Shown here one piece after another: positions 13,801 through 26,199 of a DNA stretch of 64,000 nt. The position numbers and the translations under genes are program-made. The notes beneath the pieces are model-generated. The model saw nothing but the letters and a program-made list of their open reading frames with translations. It made no database searches and was not told where the DNA came from. Each line of letters begins with the position of its first letter. Within the stretch, counting starts at the first letter, position 1. Origin of the DNA: Heterodontus francisci (Eukaryota); assembly GCF_036365525.1 (NCBI RefSeq), contig NC_090408.1:12811599-12875598 (forward strand), read 5' to 3'.

Positions 13801-15500
13801 ATGTCTGAAGTGCCCATAAAGACAGATCTAAAGGGGACCTGTGGCAGGAATTCCAGGCTTGGGTGGTTGCCAAGTGCAGCACCAAGATGGTTCAGATCCT
13901 GATGACGGACTGCCTCCAGAAAGGAGGCCGGGTCACCATGGAGGACGTGGCAAGGTTTATAGGGGACCAGGTAGGAGCGAAAAGGTGGAAGGCAGACAAA
14001 GCGATGAAGCTTGTTGCAAACGCCACGATGTATTGCCCTGTAAAGAGTGAGGATCAGGTTTATATTCTCACTGAAAGGTGCCGACAGCAGCAGGCACAGC
14101 TAGATATGGTACAAAACCAATTGGCCTCTTCTCCAGCCATATTGCAGCAGCAAGCCTTGAACGCTGTATTGACAAGCTCAGCGCAGCATAAGCTGCAGAT
14201 GGCAGAGAAAGAAATTTCGCTCTTGATTCAGGACAATGCACAACTGAAAAAAGCGTTAGAAGATGCCCAGGGAATGTTGAGATAAGCTCTCGAGCAACCC
14301 ATTCAAAAAACTGATCATACACCGTGTCAAAGAGAGATCCAGCAGTTGAGGCTGCACTTGGGAAAGCAGCAAGCAGTGGTAGCCGCAGTTACCATGATAG
14401 ATTCTGAGTCTAACCAATTGATCACTGTGAGGACAACAAGGAGGGTGTCCCCCTTCCGGTGTGTCCCACCACCAGAGCAAAAACTGTTAAACACACCAAG
14501 CCACCAGCAAGGCTTGAAAAGAAAGAGGGGACTGATGGGGATGAGGAACAGGAGGAGGGCAAAGGGACTCAGGAGAGTACCACTATCAAAACTTGGACAG
14601 AAACATTTACCCCTTTTAATTTCACGGAATTCAAAGCACTAGCAGAACAACTAGGTCCTGTAAATCACAAAACTTGCCCTCTTGAGTTGGCCCAGAGGCT
14701 CCTGTCCTTTCAACAGTGTAACTCACAGTTAGGGCATGAGGATATGAAACGAATAGTGCTGTTGGCATGTGCTAAGGATTTGAGAGATAACCTTCCCCAA
14801 GAGATCTTACTAAGTGCGGCTATTTGGTGAGATTTCAAACAGGGATCACATAGACCTGAGGGAGGTGTTAAACAACACCAGGCAAGCTGCACCCAAGAGC
14901 CCGACATTCTTTGTGGAATGGCTTTATATGGTATTTAACATGATGCAGGATGAACCTGGTGAAGGAATAACTGGTATGATCTTGGAGGCCTTTAAAAAAT
15001 TGTTTCTACAAAGACTACACCCAGATATTAGGCATGCCTAGGTTATGCTGTTAACCACAGGATCCCAGGGGCAATAATGTGGAGGAGACTAGGAATGCCT
15101 GGGAATACGCCAGGAGTCGGGGAAAATTCCAGGCTAGGCCCGAGCGCCCTGTCCAGGCGGTGGAAGGACCGAGAAATTCACCATCAGCTCCTCTCCTAAA
15201 ATGCAATCATTGTGGAAACCATATGGCTAGAGAGTGCAAAGCCCCGCAAAGGCAGAGAGGGGGTGTGAGGAATGGTCTGCCTAGAAGACCTCCTGAATCT
15301 TCTCCTGCTCTTACACCTCCTACCCTGCCTGGGGAGGAACCTCCCCAATAGACCCCCACACCTCCCGATATGACACAAAGACAGTTGGATACATTAACTA
15401 GAGATATAGGGAAGCTTACGGCCATGTTTCAGAACTTGGTCTTGACCCAGGAACAAATTTGGCAACGAGGACAGGCCTCTACCCTATATGCCCAGTAACA
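13801..15500 (+). pseudogene. gag: gag (coiled-coil N-terminal region, capsid-like region, degenerate CCHC knuckle)
   Basis: ORF pieces 13863..14285, 14459..14830, 14814..15041 and 15079..15351; CNHCGNHMARECKAP knuckle; stops and frameshifts. Confidence 0.7.
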
Positions 15501-15589
15501 CAGGAAGATCAGGGGACATCACTCACTTCATCACTGGGGCGGATGGGCAGCATGATTGCTGACGGGGGTCGGTCCCACCCGGTCCAGCT

Positions 15590-18500
15590 TGAGTGAGGCT
15601 CAGGCATGACTGGCATGGCAGACCAGTAATTACAGCCTCGCTGCCTGGGGGCCAACAACAAACTATGCTGATCGTCACTGGTTCTTCTGTCACCATCAGA
15701 CTCACCCCACGTCCTAAACAATATTCTGGAGCAGGACATACCTCACAAGCTATCAAGGCAGTCACAGGAGCAGATGCAGTTGCGTACCCAGGGCGAGATA
15801 CGCACCTTAAGTTATGGAACCACCAGGTCTGATTAGGACAGCCCCTCTACATGACGATGATACATGGAAAAGGCATATTGGGCAGTATTTGTGGGGGCTA
15901 AACATGGATGTATGAGTATGGAGGTTCAGATTAATGGGTTTCCCCATAAGCCTTGTAAACAGTACCCAATTCCGCGAGAAAGCATTCCATGTCTGAAAAC
16001 TGCCTTTGCCTCCTTGATGGACCAAGGGGTTCTTCAAAAGGGGTATTTCACTACCAGTTCCCCTATATGGCCAGTCAGGAAGTCTGATGGCTCACAGTCG
16101 TTAACCATTGAATACTGAGCTTTGAATAAGGTCACCCCCAAGCAGGCTCCTACTGTCAGTCAGGCACCATTTCTTCTATCTACAATTTCCCTTACTGCCT
16201 CTGTTTTTTCAACCCTCGACATAGCCAATAGGTTTTGGAGCATCCCCATAGCCAAAGAAGATCAATACAAGTTTGCGCTCACATTTGAAGGGCAAGGAGA
16301 CACCTGGACATGCCTCCACAAGGCCTCCATAACTCCCCACTGATATTCCATCAGGATATGAAACAAGCCATTAAAGCCTTCTCGAGCCAACTGCTATTTT
16401 ATAGAATGTGGATAACCTGCTGCTAGGCACAGACACGGTGGGAGAGCATTTGACTCTTTTGGATGAACCCTTGAAATTGCTCAAGGAAGCAGGGCTGAAG
16501 GTCAACCCTAAGAAGACACAGCTGGTCAAGGATAGAGTTAACTTTTTAGGTATCGAAATATCCGCCACAAGATTGAGCCCTAACCAGCACAAGGTTGCAA
16601 CCATCCAGCGGCTTCCACTGCCAGTCTCTAAGATGGCATTGCAATTATTTTTAGGCTTGGTGGGTATCAGAGGAACTTTATGTCCCATTTTGCAGGAATG
16701 GCAAAACCTTTGTATGAGTTACTGTGGAAGGAACAGGAGGAAGATATCCAGTCAGCCTGCAACAATACCTGCACTCGGGCAGTAGAGGACATGAGAAAGG
16801 CAACTATGCAGGCTATAACGTTGATGATACCAGATCCAGAATGGCCCGTTCATCTAGAGGTGGGGGCCACTGCACTGAGTCTCACTGCCATTTTAAATCA
16901 GGAGCGACAGGGGTCTGTTCGACCAATTGCTTACGCATTGCAAACCCTACGGGGAGCTGTGACCGCGTATTCGGCCTGTGAGCGTATCTTGCTGGCTACC
17001 CTCTAGGTGGTCAACCACTTTACATATATGACAGGGCTACAGAATATTATCTTGCATTCACCTCAAACCCTTCTTAACTTGTTGATGAAGCCCAATGACA
17101 CCAATGTGTCATCCCAGAGAATCAGTAAATGGACATTGGAACTTCTGCAATGAGATCTGGACATCCCTCCCAAATAAGTTGCACTGTTGCCCTTGATGTT
17201 AGCTTATGAAGGCAATCCCCACCAGTGTCCCCTCCCCGACCTGTAGTTGGATCAGAATCTCATTTCTCCACAACCTTTACCCGAGGCATGGAACATCAAT
17301 GTTGATGGCTCCTTGTATCATGTGGGCGGAGTGGTGAAAACTGGGTGCACCATCGTCAATCCTCGAAATAAGGAAAGGTCAATTGGATTTCAGGTCCTGG
17401 TGCATTCGTCCCAGCAAGCAGAGGTAATAGCAGTCATCCTAACTACCTACCACACCGGGGCTGAACCAATCAATGTTTGGACTGATAGTGGATATGTGTG
17501 CAATACCGTTTTCGCTCTGCTCTTGTACCATAAGAATGGTTTCCAGTCGTCAGATGGAAAACCTTTTGCCCACTCAGCCCTACAGGCCAGGTTATGGGAT
17601 GTACTGAAGAAACGGACAACCCCTTGCCACATTGGGAAAGTAGTGGCCCACAGAAAAAACTCCTCACTTCACACTCAAGGGAACACCCTGGTGGATATCA
17701 GTGCAAAAAGGGCTGCCCTTGAGGGACTGCCCCTCCCAGGATGGATCTTCGATGCCCCCGCCCAATCTGTAGCAGCTACTACTAAGATCAAGACCTTGGA
17801 CCGTTCAGAGATGCAGCGTGAGTTTTTGTCATCTGACACTGTTATTGGGTGGCACGAGCAAGGTCGACTCCTTCCTCAACCTAAGGCATGGGCCCATTCA
17901 ACTACTATACATCAACCCAAGGAGGGTAAAGCATTATTGATGAGGTTTAACAGGGAAGGCACCCCAGTCGTTTGCATCCCTTCTGTACTGCGGGAAGACA
18001 TGTTAGCATTATTTAATTCGCACCCTACTTCTGGTCATTACTCCATGCCAGCTACGATGCAGTAACTGGCGAGAATATGTTGGTGGCCTGGAATGGAAGA
18101 GTATGTGGAACAATATGTGAGCAGGTGTTTGCCCTGTTTACAGATCAACCCACCACCAATGACCAACAAAGCTCTTCGCAGATCTCAACCCCCACCCAGA
18201 TGGACCCTGGACACATTTGCAGTTTGTCTTCATTGGGCCTCTCACAAAAGCAAAGGACAACTGTGAATATGTCCTGGTTGTCATTGATCAATTTACAAAA
18301 TGGATTGAAACATTCCCTGCAAGAGATAATAAGGCAAGGACAGCAGCTCGTGTCCTATTGAATGAGGTGTTCTGTAGGTGAAGAATACCAGTACAGGTAG
18401 ATAGTGACCAAGGATCACACTTCACAGGGGTTATTTTCTCTGCCCTACAACAATTGTTGCAAATTCGGCACAAACTACATATTGCACAACATCCACAATC

Positions 18501-19040
18501 ATCAGGAATTGTGAAAAGGAGTAATCGACCCTTGAAGACAATGCTCACCAAGCTGTGTACAGATCACCCCACTCAGTGGACAAGCAGCTTCCCCTATGTT
18601 TAATGGCGATAAGATCAACACCCCATAGAACCACAGGAGTAAGTTCATATGAGGCAATGACTGGGAGGCACAATTGACTTTGGGAGGGGAAACACCCCTT
18701 ACCCTACAACCATGGAGTCAAAAATGGCTACAGGAATTAATTAATCATGTGACGGAAGTTAATAAGTTCGTGGCAGAAATATTGGGAAATTTCGAAAATA
18801 AATCAAGAAACATTTTGATAAAAGGGTCAAACCATTTGAGTCTGAGGTGGGAGATCGGGTGATGCTGCAGAATTTCGCACCAAAGAAACATTCATTTGAT
18901 ATCAGATGGTCAGGACCATATAGTATCCTGGACAAATTAAATCCTGCTGTGCATTTGTTGCAAATTCCTTATGGACCAAAAGGGGAACCAAAGCTGAAAT
19001 GATTCCACATAAATCAGTTAAAAGTGGTAAAGAATGAATG
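15590..19040 (+). pseudogene. pol: pol: protease, RT, degenerate RNase H (tether), retroviral-type RNase H, integrase
   Basis: Protease LIVTGSSVT (like LxDTGS). RT KQYPIP, SPIWPVRKSDG, LDIANRFWSIP, VDNLLL. Tether HLEVGA...RPIAY...YSACER. RNase H VDGS, SQQAEV, TDSGY, GNTLVD. Integrase HPTSGH...CLPC, DSDQGSHF, HPQSSG, GPY. Confidence 0.9.
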
Positions 19041-19398
19041 CGAAACTTGACCTCTATCTTGTAGGGATAAACATGAAGATGCTGCATATACTCTACCTCG
19101 GGCTAACAGAAATATTCGGAGCACAGAGTTATGTATTCCTTTGAAACCATGTGGGACTTCACCAAGCAATAGGTTCACACTTCAACTGGACAAAAGCTGA
19201 GGATGTATTCTTAACAGATGAATTCTGAGTAACACCGGTTAAGCAAGAAGAAACTGGAAATCCGAACATTGCAGCTTAAAGCATAGATATGCAAAAAATA
19301 TTTGCCACGGGATTGGTGGAACAGTAATGTAATTATATGTATGGAGTCTACTGTCATTATATTGAGTAATTTTGAGGGACCAGCTTCACTTCACCCTC

Positions 19399-19409
19399 AA
19401 GGTGGGGAA
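19399..19409 (+). promoter_or_regulatory. Polypurine tract
   Basis: AAGGTGGGGAA just before the 3' LTR. Confidence 0.7.
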
Positions 19410-19411
19410 TA

Positions 19412-20125
19412 TGTAGGTTAGTATGGAAGTATGAATTCGGAAAATGTCAAGAAGTGAAGCATAATTTTTAAATAATGTAAGATTCCCATGTATGGAGTAT
19501 GGTGGAAAGAAATGTCAACAAGCTGTTATAAAAGTTTCGGCCAGGAAGTATTCTGACCTTTGGCTGCTTGGAAGCTTGGGTAAGCGTTTTCATTTGCCGA
19601 ACTCTATAATAAGACAATAGCAAAGATAAAGAACTATGTTATGTTAACTGTGTTAGCTAAAGGGTCTCCTGCTTAGCAAACTAAAATGCCATGCATGAGG
19701 GACATGTAAGTTTACAATGCAGTAATGGACAATAATGCAATAATGATAAACAAATCAGGTTGGTTAAGATGAGGTTTCACGCTACTCAAGGCTAAACTAA
19801 TCAGTCAGCTAATATGGCACAAGGCTGGACTCAAAAAGGGCACGTGATCTCAACACACAACCAAGAGAAGAGGAGTTAGCCTATGGTCGACAAGAACACA
19901 GCAGCAACAAGAACAGAGCAGGAGGCAGCATCTCAATCAACCGGAGAGTCCAGAGCTGGTGTTCATAAGAACAGAGTGTGACCACTGCCTTGCTAAGTAC
20001 CATTTTGTTATACTACTTGTGCTTCCACTTCATAAACTTACCACTGCTTATACCAAATGCCTCATACGCGGAGTGGTCAATGACTATTCGGAACTAAAGG
20101 TCCTAAACATTGACTTGAACTTACA
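19412..20125 (+). repeat. 3' LTR (714 bp)
   Basis: TGTAGG...CTTACA followed by TSD CACT. Confidence 0.92.
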
Positions 20126-20129
20126 CACT

Positions 20130-20560
20130 GACCAAAGAGAAGCAGGAGGAGTGTGGATTTGTCAGGCTAGTTGGGATTCCGAATGGTGCAAGGTGCAATT
20201 GACTTTATGCATCCCCAAACATTAAAGCTGAGATGTTCTATAACTGCAAGGGCTGCCACTCCATCAACATCCAGCTGGTGTGCAAACATGCCTACAAGAT
20301 CCTCTCAGGCTATGCCCACTATCCTGGCAGCAGCCATGACACATTCATCCTGCACCAGTCAGCAATATTGAACATCTTCAGGCCTCCAAGACACACCAGA
20401 GGATCACTGCTGGGTGATGAGGGATATCCACTATAAGCCATGCAAATGACACCCCTTCGCCACCTGGCCATGCAGCGAGAGCAGGTCTATAATGAGAGTC
20501 ATGCAGCCACCATTGGTGCCTTGAAGCAATGGTTCTTCTGCCTGGACCACTCCAGAGGGG
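20130..20560 (+). pseudogene. Harbinger DDE nuclease, catalytic part (continuation of 12533-12876)
   Basis: VQGAIDFMH, YNCKGCHSINIQLVC, YPGSSHDTFIL, LLGDEGYPL. Confidence 0.88.
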
Positions 20561-20569
20561 GCAGGGGGG

Positions 20570-21970
20570 GTGGGTGGTGGGAGTTGCAGCACTGAGACAT
20601 TGGGTGGCTTCTGCTTGTGCTGCAGTGGAAGCTGAGATATGGGCCTTAAGACGCTGCCCCTTAACTGGGTCCAAAAGTGCTGTCATGGAATTGCCCACCA
20701 TTTCCACGTTGGAAAGGTCGGGCTCCAAGCTCTGTGGGAAGTCCAGTGCCAAGTTTGAGCGGGCCTCCTCCATGCTACGTGACAGTGACAACAGGCTGTC
20801 TGGCCGGCCTGCCAATACAACAAGCATCAACATTCTCCTTTACATCACCCCATTGAAGTCCTCACCTGAGTCCTCTACTGCAGGACTCATCTACAACTTT
20901 GCTGTCCAGGGAGCTGGCACACAAATTATTCTTTCCCCCTGATGTGACTGCAGACCATTTGTGCCCGGTGATTCACCTGATCCCGATTCTATACCACCCT
21001 CTAAAATTCACCAGTATCTAAGCTGGTAGCTGCAATTGTCAGATCATGTGATGGCGCTTCTTCATCAGAGGTTAGGTGTAGCTCTCATCAATGAGGCTGC
21101 CCTGGCTGTCCAGGCAGCAGTTCTTTGCTATTTGAAAGTAGAAATGCAGAAGGGGAGGGTTGGGATGAGGGAAGGGGGGCTGGAGTGCAAAGCAAGAGAT
21201 CTATGGCCACACCATCTGCAGCTTGCACTTCATGCCAGATGTCAGGATGCGGGTGAGGTAGGATTTGAGAAGGGGCATAAGGCAAGAACATGCTGTCATT
21301 CTGAATGTTGTCGGTGATATCGAATGCAACAGCCTCAGTCACAACCGGTCCCATGATGCAGAGCCGTTTCCTGTAGAGGGTTCAGTGAATGTAGGTATGC
21401 CTCTCTCCCATCTGTTCTGTGCTGCTCCCTGCAGTTATGGGTCATCTTGTCCTGCAAGTGAGAGGGGAGAGTGCCTGAGTGTGTTGCAATATTTTTGGGT
21501 AATGTGCCTGCCATAGGTGAAGAGCTGGAGGTACGTGGAAGAAGCGAGAGGTGGATGTGAGGCTGGCAGCATTGGTATGTGTGTGAGGGTGAAGTGGAAT
21601 ACGAGGCATGAGTCCTGATTGCTAGGGAGTAATGATGGGTAAGTGATGGGGGTCCATTGAGAAACCTGAGAGGTTGGTGGTGTGGTGGGTAGGAGAAGTG
21701 ATGTGAAGATGCTATTACTGACTTTGACCACCTAGGTGAATGTTGAACTCCTTCTGGCACTGCAGCCAAGTCCTTGGGGAGCTAACTCCAGGAATTGACC
21801 TCCCTTGGCAGCTGCTTCATTTCCTTCTTAGGATGTGCCTTGAGGGTCTCCTCATCTCCCGCAGAAACATAGCGTCTTTTCTCCTTTCCACCTCCAACAC
21901 TAATGCTCCCAGCATGACATCAGGAAACCTAGGAGCCCTCTCTCTTGCCTGCTGCTCCATTTGCTGTGCT
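20570..21970 (-). pseudogene. Myb/SANT-like DNA-binding partner gene of the Harbinger element (fragmented)
   Basis: MEQQARERAPRFPDVMLGALVLEVERRKDAMF (Myb/SANT-like N-terminus; ORF 21817..22128). The downstream helical segment (ORF 20378..20833) is homologous to ORF 31634..32080. Confidence 0.7.
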
Positions 21971-22419
21971 TCTCCTTCCAGCCAGTCTGCAGCAGCTTCT
22001 GTTAAATGACGCCAGCTCCTCTTTAAGAGGAGCAGGTTAGCTGTGCGTCCTGCTAGCCATGTGAGTGTTATGGGTTTGAAGAGTTCAAGAAGGATCTGTA
22101 AAGATATTGCTTCGATGACATAGGGCATCTGCCTATTTATTGGTTCACATCAATGTCATGGAATCTGATAGATGCTAACTTTAAATTGGACAGAGTTCTT
22201 TGAGACTGAGTTAAGAAGGATCATTTGACATATTTTTTAAAAATGGGGTAAACCATTTATTGTAAGATTTTGATGGGCAATATTCTCTCAGAGACGCTCA
22301 CTGCTGCTTTGTTAGCACAACAACAACAACTTATATTTATAAAGCACCTTTAACATAATAAAACACCACAAGGCACTTCACAACAGCATTATAAAACAAA
22401 ATATGACACCAAACCAGAT

Positions 22420-25400
22420 AAGAATAGGAACTTAGGAGCAGAAGTAGGCCATTCAGCCCATCGAGACTGCCCCGCCATTCAATATGATCATGGCTGATCA
22501 TCCACTTCAATGCCATTTTCCCACACAATCCTCATATCTCTTTATCTCATTTGTATTTAGAAATCTGTCAGTGTCTTCTTTAAACATACTCAATGACTGA
22601 GCTTCCACAGCCCTGTGGGGTGGAGAATTCCAAAGATTCACAATGCTCTGAGTAAAGAAATTTCTCCTCATCTCAGTCCTAAGTGGCTTCCCCCTTATTT
22701 TGAAATTGTGTCTGCTGTTTCTGGACTCCCCAGCCTGGGGAAATATTTTACCTGCCTCTACCCTGTCTATCCCTTTAAGTATTTTGTAGGTTTCAATGAG
22801 ATCACTTCTCATTCTTCGAAACTCTAGAGAATACAGGCCCAGTTTCCCCAATCTCTCTAAATAGGACAGTCCTACCATCCCGGGAACAAGTCTGGTGAAT
22901 CTTAATTTCACTCCCTCTATGGCAATAATATCCTTGCTAAGGTAAGGGGACCAAAACTGCACACAGTACTCCAGGTGTGGTCTAACCAAGGTTCTATACA
23001 ATTGAAGCAGGACTTCACTACTCCTGTACTCAAATCCTCTTACGATAAAGGGGCACATACCATTAGCCTTCTTAATTGCTTGCTACACCTGCATGTTAGC
23101 TTTCAGTGACTTATTGACAAGGACACCCAGGTCCCTTTGTACATCTACACCTGCTAATCTCTTACCATTTAAGAAATACTCTGCACACCTATTCCTCCTA
23201 CCAAAGTGGATAACCTCACACTTTTCCACATTATATTCCATCTGCCACGTTCTTGCCCACTTACTAAGTCTATCCAAATTTCCTTGAAGCCGCTTTGCAT
23301 CTTCCTCACAACACACATTCCCACCTAGTTTTCTGTCATCCGTGAACTAGGAAATATTACATTTGGTCCCCACATCCAAATCATTGATATATATTGTGAA
23401 CATCTGGGGCCCAAGCACTGATCCCTGCGGTACCCCACTAGTCACAGCCTGCCAACGCGAGAATGACCCGTTTATTCCTACTCTCTGCTTTCTGCCTGTT
23501 AACCAATCCTTAATCCATGCCAGTATATTACCTCCTATCCCATGTGCTTTAATTTTGTTAACCAACCTCCTGTGCGGGACTTTATCAAATGTCTTCTGAA
23601 AATTCAAGTATACCACGTCCACCGACTCCCCTTTATCAATTCTGTTAGTAACATCCTCAAAAAACTCCAACAGGTTCGTCAAACATGATTTCCCATTCAT
23701 AAATCCATGTTGACTGTGCCCAATCAGATCATTATTATCCAAGTGTCCATTTATCACATCCTTTAGAATAGATTCTAGCATTTTCCCAACAACTGATGTA
23801 AGGCTAACAGGTCTGTAATTCCCTGTTTTCTCCCTCCCTCCCTTCTTAAATAGTGGGGTGACATTTGCGACCTTCCAATCTGCAGGAACCACTCCAGAAT
23901 CTATAGAATTTTGGAAGATGATCACCAATGCATCCATTATTTCCATAGCTACCTCTTTCAACACTCTGTGATGTCGAATATCAGGTCCTGGGAATTTATC
24001 AACCTTCAGCCCCATTAATTTCTCCAATGCAACCTTCTTACTAATAGTAATTTCCTTCAATTCCTCATTCCCCCTAATCCCTTGGATCTCTAATTCTGGG
24101 AGATTTCTTGTATCTTCCTCAATGAAAATAGACACAAAGTAATCATTTAGCTTCTCTGACATTTCTCTATTCCCCATTATAAATTCTCTTGACTCTGCCT
24201 GTAATGGACCCACATTTGTTTTAGCCAAATGTTTCATTTTTATGTAGGTATAGAAGCATTTACAGTCCGTTTTAATATTTTTTGCTAGCTTATATTCATA
24301 TTCTATTCTCCCTTTCTTTATCAATTTCTTTGTCCTCCTTTACTGTATTCTAAAATCCTCCCAATCCTCAGGTTTACTACTATTTCTGGCAACTTTATAG
24401 GCCTTTTCTTTTAATCTTATACAATCCTTAACTTCCTTTGTTATCCACAGTTGACTGCCTTTACTTTTGGGGTTTTTGTGCCTTGAAAGAATGTATAATT
24501 GCTGTAAACTATGTAATATTTCTCCATTGCCTATGTACTGTCATACCTTTTAATGTATTTTCCCAATCCACCTCAGCCAATCCTCACCCTCGTACCTTAA
24601 TAATTTCCTTTGTTCAAATTTAACACCCTGGCTTCAGATTGAACCACCTCATTTTCAAACATAATGTAAAATTCTATCATATTATGGTCACTCATCCCTA
24701 AAGGTTCTTTTACAACAAGATTATTACTGTATTACCCATGCCACATGCTTCTCTAATCTCCTGATTAATACCATTCCCCACACTACCACTACTGTTTGGT
24801 GACCTATAAACAACCCCTATCAATGTTTGCTGCCCCTTGCTGTTTCTTAACTCCACCCAAACAGATTCCCCATTTTGTTCTTCCCATCTGAGATCCTCCC
24901 TTATGAATGTACTGATCCCGTCCCTTATTATCAGTGTAACACCACCTCCTTTTCCTTTCTGCCTGTCCTTCCTAAATGTTGAATATTCTTGAATATTCAG
25001 TTCCCAGTCTTGGTCAACCTGTAGCCACATTTCCATTATGGCAATTAGATCGTACCCATTTACCTCTATTTGAGCCTTTAAATCATCTACCTTGTTGTGA
25101 ATGCATTCAGGTAGAATGCCATTAACCTTGTCTTCTTGACATTATTCTGCATTCTAAGCCTAGTTGATGCTCGCCTTTGTTTTGCCTGCCTTCTAATGTC
25201 ACTTGCTACTTTTCTACCTCCTGTTACCAGGTTTACTTCCTTCCAATTCGAGCTACCCCTCAGGTTCCTATCCCCCTGACAAGCTGTTTAAACCACCCCC
25301 CCAACAGCACTAGCAAATCTCCCTGCAAGGATATTAGTTCCGGTCTTGTTAAGGTATAGCCTGTCCATCTTGTACAGGTCCCAACTGTCCCAGAACTGGT

Positions 25401-25905
25401 CCCAATGGCTCAGAAATCTGATGCCCTCCCTCCCACGCCAATTTTACAGCCACATGTTCAATCGATCAATCCTCCTGTTCCTATACTCACTAGCACGTGG
25501 CACTGGGAGTGATCCTGAGATTACTACTTTGGAGGTCCTGCTTTTTAATTTCCTTCCTAACTCCCTAAAATCTGCTTTCAAGACCTCATCCCTCTTCCTG
25601 CCTATGTCATTGGTACCAATGTGGACCACAACCTCTGGCTGTTCACCCTCCCCCAGAAGGATGTCCTACAGCCGCTCCATGACATCCTTGACCTTGGCAC
25701 CAGCGAGGCAACACACCATCCTGGAGTCACAATTGCTGCCGCAGAAACGCCTGTCTGATTCCCTGACTATCAAATCTCGTATCACTATTGCTCTTCCATT
25801 CTTCTTCCTCTCTTCCCGTGCAGCTGAGCCACCTGTGGTGCCACAGACTTTGCTCTGGTTGCTCTCCGCCAAGGAACCATTGTTCTCACCAGTATCCAAA
25901 ATGGA
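22420..25905 (-). mobile_element. Long CR1 LINE with ORF1 SGNH-esterase region and disrupted ORF2, inserted in an L2-type tail
   Basis: ORF1 pieces 25666..25899 and 25444..25629 (VHIGTNDIG, VVISGSLPVP); EN 24710..25036; RT 23347..24324; C-terminus 22507..23316. Flanks 22320-22420 and 25910-26100 rejoin as one L2-like tail. Confidence 0.92.
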
Positions 25906-26199
25906 AAATGGATATATATTAGGTCAGATGAAAAAAAAAGTCTTGGTCAAAGAGGTTGGTTTTAAGGAGTGCCTTAAAGGAGCAAAGCAAGGTGAAGAGG
26001 TGTTGAGAGGTATTCCAGAGCTGAGAGCCTAGGCAATTGAAGGTGCAGCCACCAATGGTGGAGTGGTTAAAATTAGGGATGCTCAAGATGCCAGAATTAA
26101 AGGACTAACAAATAAGCTTGTCAATGTGTGCACACACCATCACATCCCACTCGTCATCCATGCTTTTGTCACCTCTCGACTCGATGATTCCAAAGCTCT

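Larger units (their letters stand above)
12877..20125 (+). mobile_element. Full-length, degraded LTR retroelement/endogenous retrovirus-like provirus (gag-pro-RT-tether-RNase H-IN, no full env)
   Basis: Paired LTRs with TG...CA ends, 4-bp TSD CACT (12873-12876 and 20126-20129), PBS and PPT, and internal gag/pol fragments. Confidence 0.93.
12135..22200. mobile_element. Decayed Harbinger/PIF DNA transposon (two convergent genes), split by the LTR element; ends approximate
   Basis: Harbinger nuclease fragments on + either side of the LTR element and a Myb/SANT-like gene on -. TIRs not recognised. Confidence 0.7.

Noticed and set aside
12533-20560. Domesticated host HARBI1 gene
   Set aside because: Stops, frameshifts, a proviral insertion and a second decayed relative at 31-32.6 kb indicate transposon copies.
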